From: Flectonema sp. DT1601
Taxonomy: Eukaryota
Assembly: GCA_964019425.1 (NCBI GenBank)
Contig: OZ025798.1
Span: 124,001 to 188,000, forward strand
Direction of reading: 5' to 3'
DNA: 64,000 nt
Part shown: piece by piece, positions 44,063-56,837 of the stretch
Numbering within the stretch: the stretch's first letter is position 1
How the letters are laid out: each line of letters opens with the position of its first letter
Notes under the pieces: model-generated
Databases searched by the model: none
What the model was told of the DNA's origin: nothing
Seen by the model: the letters and a program-made list of their open reading frames with translations, nothing else
Translations under genes and position numbers: made by a program

Positions 44063-46231
44063 TCAACACTTAGCAGCTTTGTGTCTGCGTCTTGTTACAG
44101 TCGAGTCACCGAGAACACCCAGAGCCTTTTTGAGCACATCTCTTTTCTGTTGCAACTCCAGGAATCTTATTTCTTCATAAGGAGCTACTGCCATGTAGTG
44201 AGCGATCTCTTCATCATCTAATCCACGGAGATCACAAAAGTTCATATCTCTGGTTAAGATGTCATCAAGTTCTTGTGGAATAGTGTCAGCCATACGAACT
44301 GATGCTACTTCCCAGTAAGACTGAAGAGCTACCTGTAAGTCGTGAACTTGGCATTCATAGGCCGATTTATTTGACAAATTTTCTTCGAAAATCCTCCTCA
44401 CATCTTCCACAGTAGTTCCCTGTCGTTCAACACAACTCAGTACGCGGGATTTCAATAAGTCGCTTCGTCGTTTTCGGATGTTGTTTTCGAGAATTGAATT
44501 GTTAGTGTGAGGAAAGGTTTCCGTCTTCAGCTGTCTTTGCAATGCTTCATCGACGTCATCTTCGCGTTCATCGAATGCTGCCTTCATTTTTATTATAACT
44601 TTACAAAGGTTTTCGTGTTTGGAAGTTACCTTTCCAATGATTTCATCAACTTCCTTACACACACAATTCTTGACCAACATGAACAATTTAGAAGTAAAGT
44701 TTTCTGCTACCTTGGATACCTCTTCTTTAATAAACCTCCCAACCCACTCGTTGAATACTTCTTCTGAAATGAAGATCGGAATGGATCGAGTTCGTGTGTG
44801 CTTCAGAAGTGGTATCATTAATTCAGTTGCATCAACTGAAAACTGATTTCTGTTTAATGTACAAATTGAACCATCAGATATCTGAATAACAAAACTCCCT
44901 GTCGACGATTCAAGCAGAGCATGTCCCCTCATACCAGTCTCTAATATGATGACACAACTTCCTGGAAATTGTCCTCCGCACTCTGACTCAGAGTTGGAGG
45001 TTCGCTTATCATCTGCCATTCCTACAGGTGGATGATTTGAATAATAAAATCTGCCTTCTGTACTGCAAAATAACAACGTGTCGTCGACTATCTTCAGGTT
45101 GCCAACTTCCGCTGCAAACTCCTCCTTCAATTCAGCTACAGCAAGTCGGAACTCACCTTTTTCCATCATTCCCTGGAGCGAACGGAATAGTTTCTCACCA
45201 ATCGATTCGATACACGCACGTTTGTCTCTCGGAGTTTCGAGAACAGGAACATCTTCCAATTCAGAAAGTACCTCTTCGTAGCTGACGGTTATTTCTTTGA
45301 CAATTTTTGGGAACTGTCGTTTGATAATCTGTTGCTGCATTCTCGACAACTTCTGCCTCAACATCTTTGTTCCTCTTTTCGTTGGGTGCACACTCTTCGA
45401 CCAGGGTAGTTTTGGGTCTTCGAAGAATTTGTCCTCGTTCGCAATCGACTTTCCGAGGGAGAGATTATTATTGACCTGCCTCTGAGAACGACACTTCACA
45501 ACATGAAATCCGTGAACGAACTTCTTCTTGTTGCCGTTAATCAAATCGATTACACTTCCTTCACAGTCATCTGGAATCTCGTCCGGCTTTGTTACGACCA
45601 CAAGTGTTCTCTCCTGGGTTGGATCAACTTTCTCTGCTTCAGCAAGAATTTGAGAATTATGGAAATCAATAGTTGCAGGACAAACAGCTACGATAACAGT
45701 CTGAGGGTTCTCTAAGTAATCAGTAATCAGTCGAGTAACTCCTTCAACAATATCTTTCTTTTCTGAGTCACCTGCTACCGCAACGTAACCGGGCAAATCT
45801 ACAAGAGTGAGGTCGCACAGATCTTTACTTTCGATTTTGATGTCGACGAGGTCGCGTGCCATATCCCTCGGTGCTGCTGTCGTGGCACTCATAATAAAAT
45901 CCTGTGCCTTGGCAATTTCTTTAGTTACCTGACCTGGTTCAGTGCAATCGACGGCTTCGTACTTTTGAGGATCAGGAGAATGATCTTCAAGTTTCCACAC
46001 AATTCCAACAGAACCTTTGAACTCCCCTTCTGATTGTTTCATTACCAACCTCATTGGACATCTGGTAGTCAGCACCTCACTGGATGGGAATTCGATACCA
46101 CCCACAGCTGTCAACAAAGAAGACTTTCCAGCTGATGTGTCTCCCATGACAGCTATCTGAGGAAAGTCAATGTACTTCGCTACATCTGAACTGCTGAGCT
46201 CATCGATAAGTTGTTGAAGGTCTCGTTGCAT
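44063..46231 (-). CDS. Dynamin-superfamily Mx-like GTPase, paralog B (~722 aa)
   Basis: Same motifs as paralog A; 11 aa shorter in the middle region. Confidence 0.92.
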   Translation of the reverse strand: MQRDLQQLIDELSSSDVAKYIDFPQIAVMGDTSAGKSSLLTAVGGIEFPSSEVLTTRCPMRLVMKQSEGEFKGSVGIVWKLEDHSPDPQKYEAVDCTEPGQVTKEIAKAQDFIMSATTAAPRDMARDLVDIKIESKDLCDLTLVDLPGYVAVAGDSEKKDIVEGVTRLITDYLENPQTVIVAVCPATIDFHNSQILAEAEKVDPTQERTLVVVTKPDEIPDDCEGSVIDLINGNKKKFVHGFHVVKCRSQRQVNNNLSLGKSIANEDKFFEDPKLPWSKSVHPTKRGTKMLRQKLSRMQQQIIKRQFPKIVKEITVSYEEVLSELEDVPVLETPRDKRACIESIGEKLFRSLQGMMEKGEFRLAVAELKEEFAAEVGNLKIVDDTLLFCSTEGRFYYSNHPPVGMADDKRTSNSESECGGQFPGSCVIILETGMRGHALLESSTGSFVIQISDGSICTLNRNQFSVDATELMIPLLKHTRTRSIPIFISEEVFNEWVGRFIKEEVSKVAENFTSKLFMLVKNCVCKEVDEIIGKVTSKHENLCKVIIKMKAAFDEREDDVDEALQRQLKTETFPHTNNSILENNIRKRRSDLLKSRVLSCVERQGTTVEDVRRIFEENLSNKSAYECQVHDLQVALQSYWEVASVRMADTIPQELDDILTRDMNFCDLRGLDDEEIAHYMAVAPYEEIRFLELQQKRDVLKKALGVLGDSTVTRRRHKAAKC

Positions 46232-46356
46232 CTTTTGATAGTACTCACTGTCTGAATGAAAGATATTTATATCGTCGACATCGCATAACAAAATAAAATA
46301 TTCCTACCTGCCAATTCATAACAAAAAGGTGTAAGAAAGATACTTCTAACATTACT

Positions 46357-46986
46357 CTATGAGAGCGTATCATATCCTTCTGAAGTCCGAGCAGTGTCAT
46401 AAAGATCTATTGACTCTTCAGCATCAATAGCAGCGTAGTGAATATTATTAAGAGAATGTAAAAAGTATCCCTCGTTTCGTAACACAACACAATTTCTTGC
46501 TCTGTAAACTTCTTTAAGAGTGAGGATTTCATCTCTTCCGAGTTTTATTAATTCTTTGGCACGAATGCCGTCTGAAATAACTTTCTCGTTTGGTTCTCCC
46601 TCTTCTTTTTTCTTTTCAAGTTCCATCTTCTTTTCTTCAGATTCTTCATATCTGTCGAAGTCACTCATATGAACGGTCATGTATTCTAAAAGTTGAGGAT
46701 TGAATGGAAATTGGTGAGTCTTTGTTAAGGTAACTAAGATATCTCTGATGTCTTTTAACTTCTCGCTGTAGGAGTCCATTTCATCTTTCGGTAGGTTCGA
46801 AAGTTTTGCTCCACCAGAGGCTTTCATTGCCGCTGCTTTTTCTTTTAAATTCTCAACATCTTGTAATATCTGTCGTCCTAATCCCAAAACTGATATTATC
46901 ATTTCATTCTCTTTTTGCATTGTTGTTGTTGATGTCGATAATTCACCTTTTAAATCAGCTATTCGAAGCTTCCATCCTCCCATCAT
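46357..46986 (-). CDS. Hypothetical helical protein (209 aa)
   Basis: ORF on the cluster strand, preceded by a pyrimidine-rich ttctctacctcag acceptor-like site; no recognised domain. Confidence 0.6.
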   Translation of the reverse strand: MMGGWKLRIADLKGELSTSTTTMQKENEMIISVLGLGRQILQDVENLKEKAAAMKASGGAKLSNLPKDEMDSYSEKLKDIRDILVTLTKTHQFPFNPQLLEYMTVHMSDFDRYEESEEKKMELEKKKEEGEPNEKVISDGIRAKELIKLGRDEILTLKEVYRARNCVVLRNEGYFLHSLNNIHYAAIDAEESIDLYDTARTSEGYDTLS

Positions 46987-47390
46987 TGTAACTTAGTGAA
47001 AGGTGTAATTCCTTTCTCTGAGGTAGAGAAATAATATGAGAAAAACATGTCGTCTCTAATCACTCACTTCGTTTTGAGATCTTCTGAGATCGCATATATT
47101 AAATAACATTATTTGTTGACTGAGGAGGGGAAATTCAAATAACGACTACCAGACAGCAGTACGAAGGCTTCTGCAAAACGACGCTTTTTTTTTTTTTTTT
47201 GATTTGCGGTGACTGACGTAACTATTGATGAGAACGAAGTGAAAAAAAAAATAAAAAGAAGAAGAAAACAAACAACCAACACACCAAAGTAATATTTTAC
47301 CTACTTGAAGACTGCAACAGATCGACGTGTTGCTGTAAAGTTTTAAAGGTAACTCTCGTCTATTTTATTATCTGAAGATGAGCAGCGGGT

Positions 47391-48542
47391 TTATAATCCG
47401 CCGAAGAATTTCTTTTGGGCTTGACGTTGACCTTCGCGTTTGAAGTCGACGCGATGTTTTCCTTTTTTATGTTTCTTTGGATCTTCTTCTGCGTCGGATG
47501 CGTCGTCAGAGTCATCGGAGTCGTCTTCTTCTTCGTCATCATCATCTTCATTAGGTGCTGTTTCGTTAACTTCATCATCACCAGCTTGTTTAAGAAATGA
47601 ACTCCCATGAGGTTGTTCCTGAGCAGTTCCTTGTATATAACGGCGAACATCATAAAAACAGATTTGTTCTGCTCCTCCACATGCCACGAGGGATTTACAT
47701 CTACTCTGAGTAAGTCTCATTGACGGAGTATCTTCAATACATCCGAGTGTATCCAACAGTTTTGGTTGAGGAGCTAATCGAACAGATCTAACACAGCCAT
47801 CACAAGAAGCAGTAATCACATCTCCGTCTTTCATACAAATTATTCCTTCGACTTCTGAAGGATGTCCTTTTAAATTATCAACCGTCTTGTCCCAAACTCC
47901 GTATTTCCATATTCTAATAACACCACTACTACAACCACAGGCTAGATGAGTACCTCCATTTATTAATTCCATTGAGAGAACACCATCATCATTACGACCG
48001 GTTAGGGTTTCTGCTTCTGCCTTTCGCATACCAAAGATGGCGAAGGAACCGTCGTCAGAACCGGTAAAGATGTGATTCTTAGAAGGATTTGATGTAAAAC
48101 TTGTGATACCAGTTCCCATTAAGTCCGTCCACTTCATTGCTGGTGCCATCTGTCTTGTGTCCCAAAGCTGTACGATACCACCGTCACATCCAGTGACGAA
48201 TAAAGTTTCGTTTAAGAAATTTATAGCATTGAGGGCGTCAGTGTGTCCTGTGTCTCTCTTGTCGAATACGATATTTTTAGTATTGCATTCCAAAGCCTTT
48301 AACGTATTATCAGATGATACCGTGTACAGTCTACTACCATCAGGAGTGAATGCCATGGCTCTTACTCCATCTTTATGACATGGTAAGTCGTACATTAGAT
48401 TTGTTTCATCAACAGCGTATTTATAAACCAACACACTGCCGTCAATACAACCTGCTGCGAGAACATCAGCAGTTGGATGAAATGCAACGTCCCAAACTAA
48501 CCTCCCGCACTCAACATCAGCAGGAACTACTTCTTCGCTCAT
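47391..48542 (-). CDS. WDR55: WD40-repeat protein WDR55/JIP5 (ribosome biogenesis)
   Basis: WD repeats (DVAFHP, GCDGGIVQLWDTR, TGSDDG), an acidic tail and C-terminal KKFFGGL, typical of WDR55. Confidence 0.8.
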   Translation of the reverse strand: MSEEVVPADVECGRLVWDVAFHPTADVLAAGCIDGSVLVYKYAVDETNLMYDLPCHKDGVRAMAFTPDGSRLYTVSSDNTLKALECNTKNIVFDKRDTGHTDALNAINFLNETLFVTGCDGGIVQLWDTRQMAPAMKWTDLMGTGITSFTSNPSKNHIFTGSDDGSFAIFGMRKAEAETLTGRNDDGVLSMELINGGTHLACGCSSGVIRIWKYGVWDKTVDNLKGHPSEVEGIICMKDGDVITASCDGCVRSVRLAPQPKLLDTLGCIEDTPSMRLTQSRCKSLVACGGAEQICFYDVRRYIQGTAQEQPHGSSFLKQAGDDEVNETAPNEDDDDEEEDDSDDSDDASDAEEDPKKHKKGKHRVDFKREGQRQAQKKFFGGL

Positions 48543-50341
48543 TGCTGATTGAGATCTGTGAAGAAGGAATATTAAAATAACTTTCTCTTTAATAAATTAA
48601 ATCTATTCAACATGATTGAATTTTAAAAAAAAAAAAAAAAACAATAATAACAACTCCCAGAAGGGATAAGAAGGTAACGAGTTGGTAAGAAAAAGCTTCT
48701 AGCTTCTATTTACACAGACTGAAAAAAAATATTCTTTTTTTTTTTTTTTTCTTTCTTTTCCCCCTCTCGTTTATGATTAATTGATCAACGCGTGTAAATA
48801 CAAAATCACAAGAAAGTGTACTAAGTTAACAAAAATAAAAAAAAAACAATTTCTAGTTATTCCTACTTGTTAAACAGTCACTGTGTTACTTACTAACAAC
48901 AACTGACGTAAGCCTCCAACTCATCAGAGGAAAAGTGTAATAAAAATAAATCAGAACAGCGAATTTTTCCAATAATTTTTTTTATATATTATAACAAAAA
49001 ATCATTAACATGGGAGAACAGAATCAGCAACAAACAGAACAGGTGTGTGAATTTAATTAAATCATCGCTTTCCGTCTTGTTTCGAGTATGATCACAAGAC
49101 AGATTACCATTCTAAGCAGGTTTTTCTTTTTTTATCAAATCACACAACCGTAAGTTACTCACAGACTATCAAGGGACGTAGTATTCCATCCTAAAGAATC
49201 AGAGAGTTAAGGAATGATATCTCAGTATCACTTCTCTTTCTATTTTATATGACAAGTCATCTCTGCTCTCTCGCTGAGGAAAATCGCAGAAAAAAAAAAA
49301 AGGAACAAAAAAGATACGGATGATTGAAGCTGGCGATTGGATTGAAAGACTGTTTGAGATGCCAGTTTCTAATCCATAACCACCATTGCTTCTAAATATA
49401 AAGAAAGCATCGTGGACTGGGGGGAGGGATGGTTTTCAGTAATATAATTACTGAAATAACAATAATGGAAAGTCTGAGCCATTAGAAAGTACTTCAAGTT
49501 TTCAAACACCGACATCGGAAGGTGCTGAACTATTTCTTTTCTAATAATTTCACTTTTATCAGTCGAATACAAAATAATACAAAAGTCAATCAGATGTTTC
49601 CCCTCATCATAATAATCACATAACTACTTAACCAACAGATACGATCTCTGTTTCTGTAGTTTGTGATTTATTTATTGTTTTCGACAGAGCCAAAAACTCA
49701 GCAGAAATAAACATCAGACTGTGGTAGTGATAGATAAAAGAATTGTTATGGTTAGGCTGATGGGGCATCCTGAACACAGCATGCTATTGTCAGCTTTTTC
49801 ACTTTTATAAAAAAAAAAGATCTCACTATTAATGTTCATAAAAAAAGAACTAAAAAGTGATAAATAAAATAAAGGATTAGGAAGTTAGAACCAATAAGTA
49901 TCTCAAACAGAAAAGGGAGTCTTCTCCGCCATGACAACTTCTTCTTACATCGAAGTTAAGGAAAGTGTGAACTTCACAACAGTAACTAAGTTACAGCTTA
50001 ATTCAGAGAGGAGATTTTTTTTTTTTTTTTTTTTTTTTTTCCCTAAACGAGCTTCACTACATCTTTTATACGTTGGTTGTGAGGCACAACCAAATACTTT
50101 TTTAGAAAAGATTAAACAAACAAAATATGGAGAAAAAAAAGAGAGGTTTTATTTATTTCTTTTTTTTTCATTGAAAAGATTAGCCAAGGCAACTGTTTGC
50201 TTTAAAAGAAAAGGGCAACGTTCTTGACAACAGAAAAGGACAAGATCATTTTCAAAATAGCAGGTGACTTAGGAAACAACTTTCTTTATAATAAAAACAA
50301 CTGTTGGGTGACATAATCTACCCTCTTCATGACAACTCTTT

Positions 50342-52780
50342 TTAACTATTTGTCTGACTATGTTGGACAGAACTTATTAGTGAACCAGGTAGGCTCAGTC
50401 GAATGTCACTGTTAGCTCGCGTCTTTCCGGAATCATCAGTCATAGAAGCGCCCACACTTATGTTTTCGATTGACTCATTCTTCGCAAACTTTTCATTTCT
50501 TAAAATATTGTCATCTCGTTCACCAAGTTGTCTTCTTGGAGAACTCCCTCCAAGGTCAACCTTAAACTCAGAGTTGAGTAAAGGGGCTGGTTCTTGTTCA
50601 CCCTCTCTGTTGTTGAGTTTTGTTTTTTTATTTTTAACTTTCATTTGATACATTTGAATAAATTAATTATTCACATACGTAGTTCTGTACTTGTCAGCTG
50701 AACTATCAAGATTAACTGTGGCTTCAGTCAGAAGACCAGGTGCCATTGTTTTGGTGTCTACTTTTCTCATAAAGCGGAATGATGATGGAGGAGAGGCGTC
50801 GGATTCATGTGAAGCAGTGCCGCCTTGAAAGTCTGAAACTTCATTTAAACGGCGTTCGATTTCTCGGTGGATGACATCGTTGAATCGAGACTTCGGATAC
50901 TTGTTAAGAACTTTAATAAAATCTTCCTTAGTCAAACAATATAATTCACAAACTGTTACTGACTTCACAGTTGCACATCTTTTAGTTTCTCTGAGGATGG
51001 CTATCTCTCCAAACCAACTACCATCTCTCAACATTACAAGTGATTGAGTTCCAACAGAGACATCAACAGCACCAGTTGCTAAGAAATACATTTCCTTACC
51101 AGTGTTTCCTATTTCTATTATAACTTCATTTGGTTGAGCCATGTGCTTTGTAAGTTTCGCTGCTAATTGTTTCATAATAGACACTTCAGAACCTTGAAAC
51201 ATTGGTACTCTCATTATTAATCTTAGTCTCATGTGAGTTCCGATTAACTCCTGCAGGTACGGAGGAAACGTATTTAGAATACTCGTGTGTTGAGCTCCAA
51301 TGTCGAACACAATTGGATATATTGTGAATGCTTCTTTTTGAATAGAAAGAGGAACATCGTATTGAAGTAAAAGTGATTTCACAATCGATCTTGTCTTTTG
51401 TTGTTCAAGACGAACATGGTCTTTTGCCATGAAATAAACTGAAACATGACCTACACACCAAGCATAACCACCACTTCCAACTAACATTATAGCAGCTGAG
51501 AATAGTCTCATTGATAATCTAGTGTCGTCGGTTAGATCACCAAACCCAACTGAAGAAGTTGTTTGAACAGCCCAGTAAACACCTTCTATATAAAAAGCTT
51601 GAATACTCTGATCAGTCCTATCGTCTTTAATTGTAATATACAACACAGCGATAACATGAAGAACGACTACCGCGATTGTTAACATCGTTAAAGGTTGTAA
51701 TCGACGAGCATCTCCAAGTGGATTTGACGTTCTAAACAGCGATGGTGATCTCAATATTTTAAACAACCGACAAACTTGTGTAATCCTAAACCCAATCATG
51801 GTCACAGGTAGCAGTATCAAGTCTATGGGAAAACCTGTGAAGACATCGAAAGCCAACCATTCTTGAAAATATTTTTTCCTAATATAAGCAGCATCTGAGT
51901 CAATCAATGTCCATCCCTCAAGCCTCGCAATATAAAGTCGAGACAACATGAATATTAACGTTAGAGAGCTTGCTGCTACCAAATAAGTGATTTCAGAGAT
52001 GTTCGGTGATTTGTTCCATCGTCCCATTGCCATGGATCCAGTGACAACACAGAACTCACCGGCTATGAATAATTGATAAAGAATATCAATAAAAGTTATA
52101 ATCCTTGACTCAGGTAAGAATAGTATCGATGGTGGAGCTTCTTGTTCAGGGCAGTCTGAAGTTCCGGTGGTTTCATTTTCGGAGGATTCTTCTAACTGTT
52201 TGAGAGAGTCGACACTGTTACTGTCTTCTTCTATTTGACTAACTTTACGTGGAGGTGATGGTAATGATGAGAAGCAACTTCCGGAGTTTTGAAATTCAAT
52301 CTTCGGAGGAATTTTCATTTCAGTCAACGACCCACTTGCTCCAAACCCTGTTGGACTAAAAGGTGTATTAACAGGGGTTGATAATTCTCCTGAACTTTTC
52401 TCTTCTGAACCTGTGCAAGATATGTCTGCTCTCGACTTTGATCGTTCTTTTCTCTTGGCTTTAATCTTCTTTTTCCAAACACCATCTGCTTGTGATCCAA
52501 ATCCCCATTTAGTCGAAGCGAATGACATTCTCGGAGCAAACGCTGCAGAAGTATCACCCGCAAAGTTTCCATCAAATTTGATGTCCAAAAGCATTTGAAG
52601 TTTTGTATCCACCGACTGCATCCAAGACTCTATCTCTGCTCGACAAATGTATTCATTTGAGGCGTCATATTGTCGTTTGGTGGAGAAAGTAGTATCTGTT
52701 GATACTGACGGTCGAGACCCAAAATCTGCTTCTCCGACATCTACTGATGATGATCTGCGCATTGGTTGCGGAAAAGACAT
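50342..52780 (-). CDS. Cyclic-nucleotide-binding-domain K+ channel (KCNH/HCN/CNG superfamily); intron 50678-50607
   Basis: TM segments, an S4-like RITQVCRLFKILR, pore YWAVQTTSSVGFGD and CNBD GKEMYFL...GSWFGEIAIL...RCATV. Confidence 0.9.
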
Positions 52781-53289
52781 CCTCTTGACCCTCACATGGT
52801 ATTGCTGATAATCATTTACTGAAATATAAATTTATATAAAAACAACAACAGCACAGCAATCAACTATTTTGATAAGTAACTGATACTACGGAAGCTGCCA
52901 CTAAGTTGCAATTGTAAAGAGGGAGGAAGATGAGATGAGGGGCGAATGATAACAAAGATGTGTTGTGATGATCTTTTTTTTTTTTTTTTTTTTTTCTTAA
53001 TTTTTTTTCTTTTTTTTATGTTACGATGATCGCAAGTCAATTCGACAGGCAGATACAAAAAATTAAACGAAAAGGTCAACACAAACACACTTCTCTCGTA
53101 GAACACAAAAAGTGCATTGCAAGTCACCTCAAATACGTACGCTAGTAGAGTATGTTAAGAGAAATGCTAACAGAGATAGTAGTTGATGTTGCTTGTGTGT
53201 GGTTTATTCACAATTAAAGTTTCTTAATAGCTTCGACTACACTAGTCAGAACCAACAAGAAACCTTTGCCAAAGAGAGAGGCTGGGAGC

Positions 53290-54961
53290 TTAGTCGGAAT
53301 CGGAATCGAAGGTAATTTTGTTACCAGATGGAATCTCTCCTTTGAACCCACCATCTTTACCAGCCATGCTGTTCTTCTGTGGTGGCGGCTTCTTCATGGC
53401 AACGTGTCTGAATTTTTCCAAGTCAGCAGGAACTTCTTGTTTTGCCTCCTCAAGAACTCTGATCAACTGTGGTCCCAATTGCTTGTCTGCGATGGTAAAC
53501 AGAGAGTGAGCGAATCCTGCTTGTCCAGCTCTTCCAGTTCTTCCAATTCTGTGAACGTAGTCCTCAACAGTTAAAGGGAAACTACAGTTGATAACATACT
53601 CAACTCCTTTAATGTCTAATCCTCTTGCTGCTACGTCAGTAGCGATAAGAAGTGGGACCTGACCAGACTTGAACTTTTCAAAAGCAGCATTCCTAGCAGC
53701 CTGTGTGGCATCACCTTGAATAGCAACGCAGTTCCACTGCTGACGCTGAAGTTGCTGTTCGAGTCTTGCGGCTTCCTTTTTGTATAGCGCGAACACGATA
53801 ACGCGGTTCTTCTGTTCGTATCCGTGGTACTCTTTCAATAGATCACACAGTCTTCTGAACTTGTTTTCTTCTTGAATGAATTCAACCTGTTTTGTTTGTT
53901 TATTATTTTCAGAATCCCAATCATCTAACGAGTGCACTCAGTTTAAGTAAATTAACAACCGCTACATACCTTTTGTGTAATAGCGTGGTTCGCTGCCAAC
54001 TCCGTGGAACCAATAATAATACGAACAGGGTTCCTTAAGAACTCTTTTGCAAGACCTTTAATGCTGTCTGGCCAGGTGGCGGAAAACATAAGCATTTGCT
54101 TGTCTTTACAAGTTTCTGCCAGGATGGAACGCACGTCGTCTTCAAAACCCATGTCAAGCATACGGTCAGCCTCGTCCAATACCTGTGGTGGTTTAATACT
54201 CTTCCAATACTAATCTATGAAATGTTTAAAATGATAACAACAACACATACGGCAAAGTTAACAGCAGACAGACAGAGAGTTCTGCTTCCCTCAGACATCA
54301 AATCCTTTAATCTTCCTGGGGTTGCGACAACAACTTCGACACCATTTCTAAGTTCCTGTCTTTGTGGATCTTTTGGTACACCTCCGTAGACGCAGACAAC
54401 ATTTAAACCACACATCTGACCTGCTTCGTATCCAACCTTTGCGATTTGAGAACAAAGTTCTCTAGTTGGAGCGAGAACAAGACCTCTTGGCTTACAATAG
54501 TTAGCATTCAATCCATTCTTACGAGCGTTAACAAGTGCTGGTAGCATGAAGGCGTAGGTCTTACCAGAACCAGTCTTTGCGATTCCAACAACGTCCTTGC
54601 TGTCCATAATAGCTGGCCATGATTGAGCCTGAATTGGTGTTGGCTCAGCGAATGATGAGGTACACTTTAAGATATCAGCTGGGAGGCCACAGTTGGCGAA
54701 ACCAACTGGGTTGTATTTCTCACCAGCTTCACAAACCTTAACGCTGTGTTCACTTCTCCATTTTGCAACATCCATCGTTGCTCCGTTTGCTCCTTTCTTT
54801 ACACTTGGAGTCTCAGAATCATCTCTCTTTCTCTTTACAATTTCTGCTGGCTTCTCCTTCTTTTCCTTTTTTTCCTTCTTGGACTTCTTTTCCTTCTTTG
54901 GTGGGGCAGCAACTACTTCCTTCTTCTCCTTCTTCGACTTCTTTTCCTTTTTTTCTCCCAT
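53290..54961 (-). CDS. DBP3: DEAD-box RNA helicase DBP3-like; exons 54961-54251, 54182-53970, 53886-53290
   Basis: Lys-rich N-terminus with [34 protein letters not shown] and [10 protein letters not shown], and C-terminal KITFDSD. Both GTATGT..ACAG introns are in frame. Confidence 0.88.
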
Positions 54962-55056
54962 TTTTTCAGCGATGGCTGTGAAAAGAAAACAACTGATTAC
55001 TACATACAGAGACAACAAAGTCGTTTGTCGGAAGCGAGAGCTGTTCGCTTTAAATA

Positions 55057-56708
55057 CTAAACGCTGACAATAGGAGGCTTTCCTAAGGAGGGATAGTTAC
55101 TGTATGGAATTTGTTGACCTGCTGTCCTTCCGGTTTGTTGGACTTCCTGTGCACGGGGTTTATTACGATTTTTCCGAGCCGTTGGTTGCCCTGCGTAAGG
55201 AGAATAGTGATCATTCATCACTGCTGCAGGTGGTCGTCGACTATTCGCTACTAGGTATCCTCTCGCTAACTCAATAGGAACACCGTCTAACATATAACCA
55301 GAAACAGCTCTTAGTGCTGCTTCTACTGATTCTCTTTTTGTATAAAGAATATTAGCAGTTCCCCTACTTATCTTTGACTGTTTTAGTTGTTGTTACATTC
55401 CTTCTTCATAATAATTAAGTTAAGTTGTAATGAAATAATAACAAACCACATTAGCAATATCTCCGTACAGTCCAAACAATACGCGAAGCTCACGTCTGTT
55501 AACTGTGCTGGAGATTCGGGTGATGGAGAGTACAGCAGAATGATCAAAGTCTTGTTCTTCGTTGTAATCACTTACGGCAAGTACTGAATGTCCCCAAGGG
55601 ATGCCAGAAGATCCCCACTGAAGTAAGCTTTCTTTCTCTGCTTCAGTACTACATTCAAGAACAGCTATACCATCCTGTGCTGATTTGGTAGACAGTTTCC
55701 TGAGTTGTGTTATGTTTAGTAGTAATTATTAATAAAAGTAAACACTAGTAAGCAGTAATTACATACTCAGTACGATCAACAAACAGAACAGAGATAACAT
55801 TATTAATATCACTCGATGTGAATTCTAATGGAAATCCTGAGATACCAATATAACGTGTTGGCTTGCTGGGTTTTAATTTTGGATTACTTTGAACTTCTTT
55901 ACCTTCGTAAGAGGAAGCATTCGCAACCTGTTGGACAGAGACTTGAAGGTCTTTGTCTCCCCACTGGGCACCGAACTTGAAGTCTTCAGCGAACTTAGTA
56001 GTGGCTTCGTATGACTTAAATCGAACGATACCAGAAGATATATTTGTTGTAATTGATTCTATTTCTCCGTATTGGCTGCATAGTTGACCGATAGCCGCTT
56101 TGATCTGTTGGTCTCCTACTTTACCAAAACCACCGATATAAACTTCTACTCCACTTTGACTGGATGTGAAATCTGATTTCCTACGCATGACTCCATCAAC
56201 GACGTCTCGTACTTTAGTTGTTTGTAAACGGTTTTCTTGTGTTTGGATTCGGACCGTTAGATTCCCACGTCCTTCTACAGAAATCCCGTGGAGTCCTTTA
56301 ACTGCTGCTTCTCCGTCTTCAGCTTTTGCGTAATGAATAAAACCAAATCCTCTATCTTTTACAATTACTCTGAGGATCTCTCCGTAAGGTTCGAAAAATT
56401 GCCTTAAAAATGCTTCTGTTGCGTTGTTGTGAAGACCTCCGACAAATACCATTGAGCCGGGTTCCTTCTTCTCTCCACTAACTTGTATCCTCGCTCCTAA
56501 TCGAGCTCCCTTCCAATGCATTCCATCAATTTGTTGGATGGCTCTTGCTTGTGATTCCTCGTCACCGTAGTACACGAAAGCGTATGTTCCTAAAAATCTC
56601 AGTCCAGTTACGTTACCAAACTGACCCATTAATTGATTGACATCTTCTTCAGTTACGGTTTCTCTACGAAAAACCTCCAACAAATACAGGTGACAGTTGA
56701 TTAGACAT
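55057..56708 (-). CDS. Multi-RRM RNA-binding protein (spliced; apparent +1 frameshift near 56670)
   Basis: RNP motifs (P)VFVGGF, TYAFVYY, MVFVGGL, RGFGFIHY and VYIGGF. There are GT-AG introns near 55765-55702 and 3' of ~55490, and the last exon ends ...GKPPIVSV*. Confidence 0.8.
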
Positions 56709-56837
56709 TAACTGTTAGTAAGCAACCTGAATAAACGAAATTAAATTAATTCCTGGGCCGAAATCATCATTTTTTCTTTCCTAACGAAAATATCACATTT
56801 CTTTTTGATTTGTTAAGTCTGTCTTGTCTACTCGAGA

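Larger units (their letters stand above)
35540..46290. repeat. Direct duplication of a ~2.75-kb Mx-like gene unit (35540-38297 and 43581-46290)
   Basis: Both copies start with gccatatcactcagcaagaaatgg and end with ...gtcgacatcgcataaca. Copy 1 has extra 15-bp (~35740) and 37-bp (~38267-38340) tandem duplications. Confidence 0.93.

Noticed and set aside
46231..46986. Fusion of the 209-aa ORF to Mx paralog B through TAG readthrough plus a GTAGGA..TTCAG intron (frames happen to match)
   Set aside because: It requires an in-frame stop. The acceptor is of the pyrimidine-rich pre-ATG type, and paralog A has the same acceptor without this upstream ORF.
48600..50340. Long gene-free stretch as a possible ncRNA locus
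   Set aside because: AT-rich with homopolymers and no recognisable tRNA/snoRNA/rRNA motifs; probably 3' UTR or intergenic.
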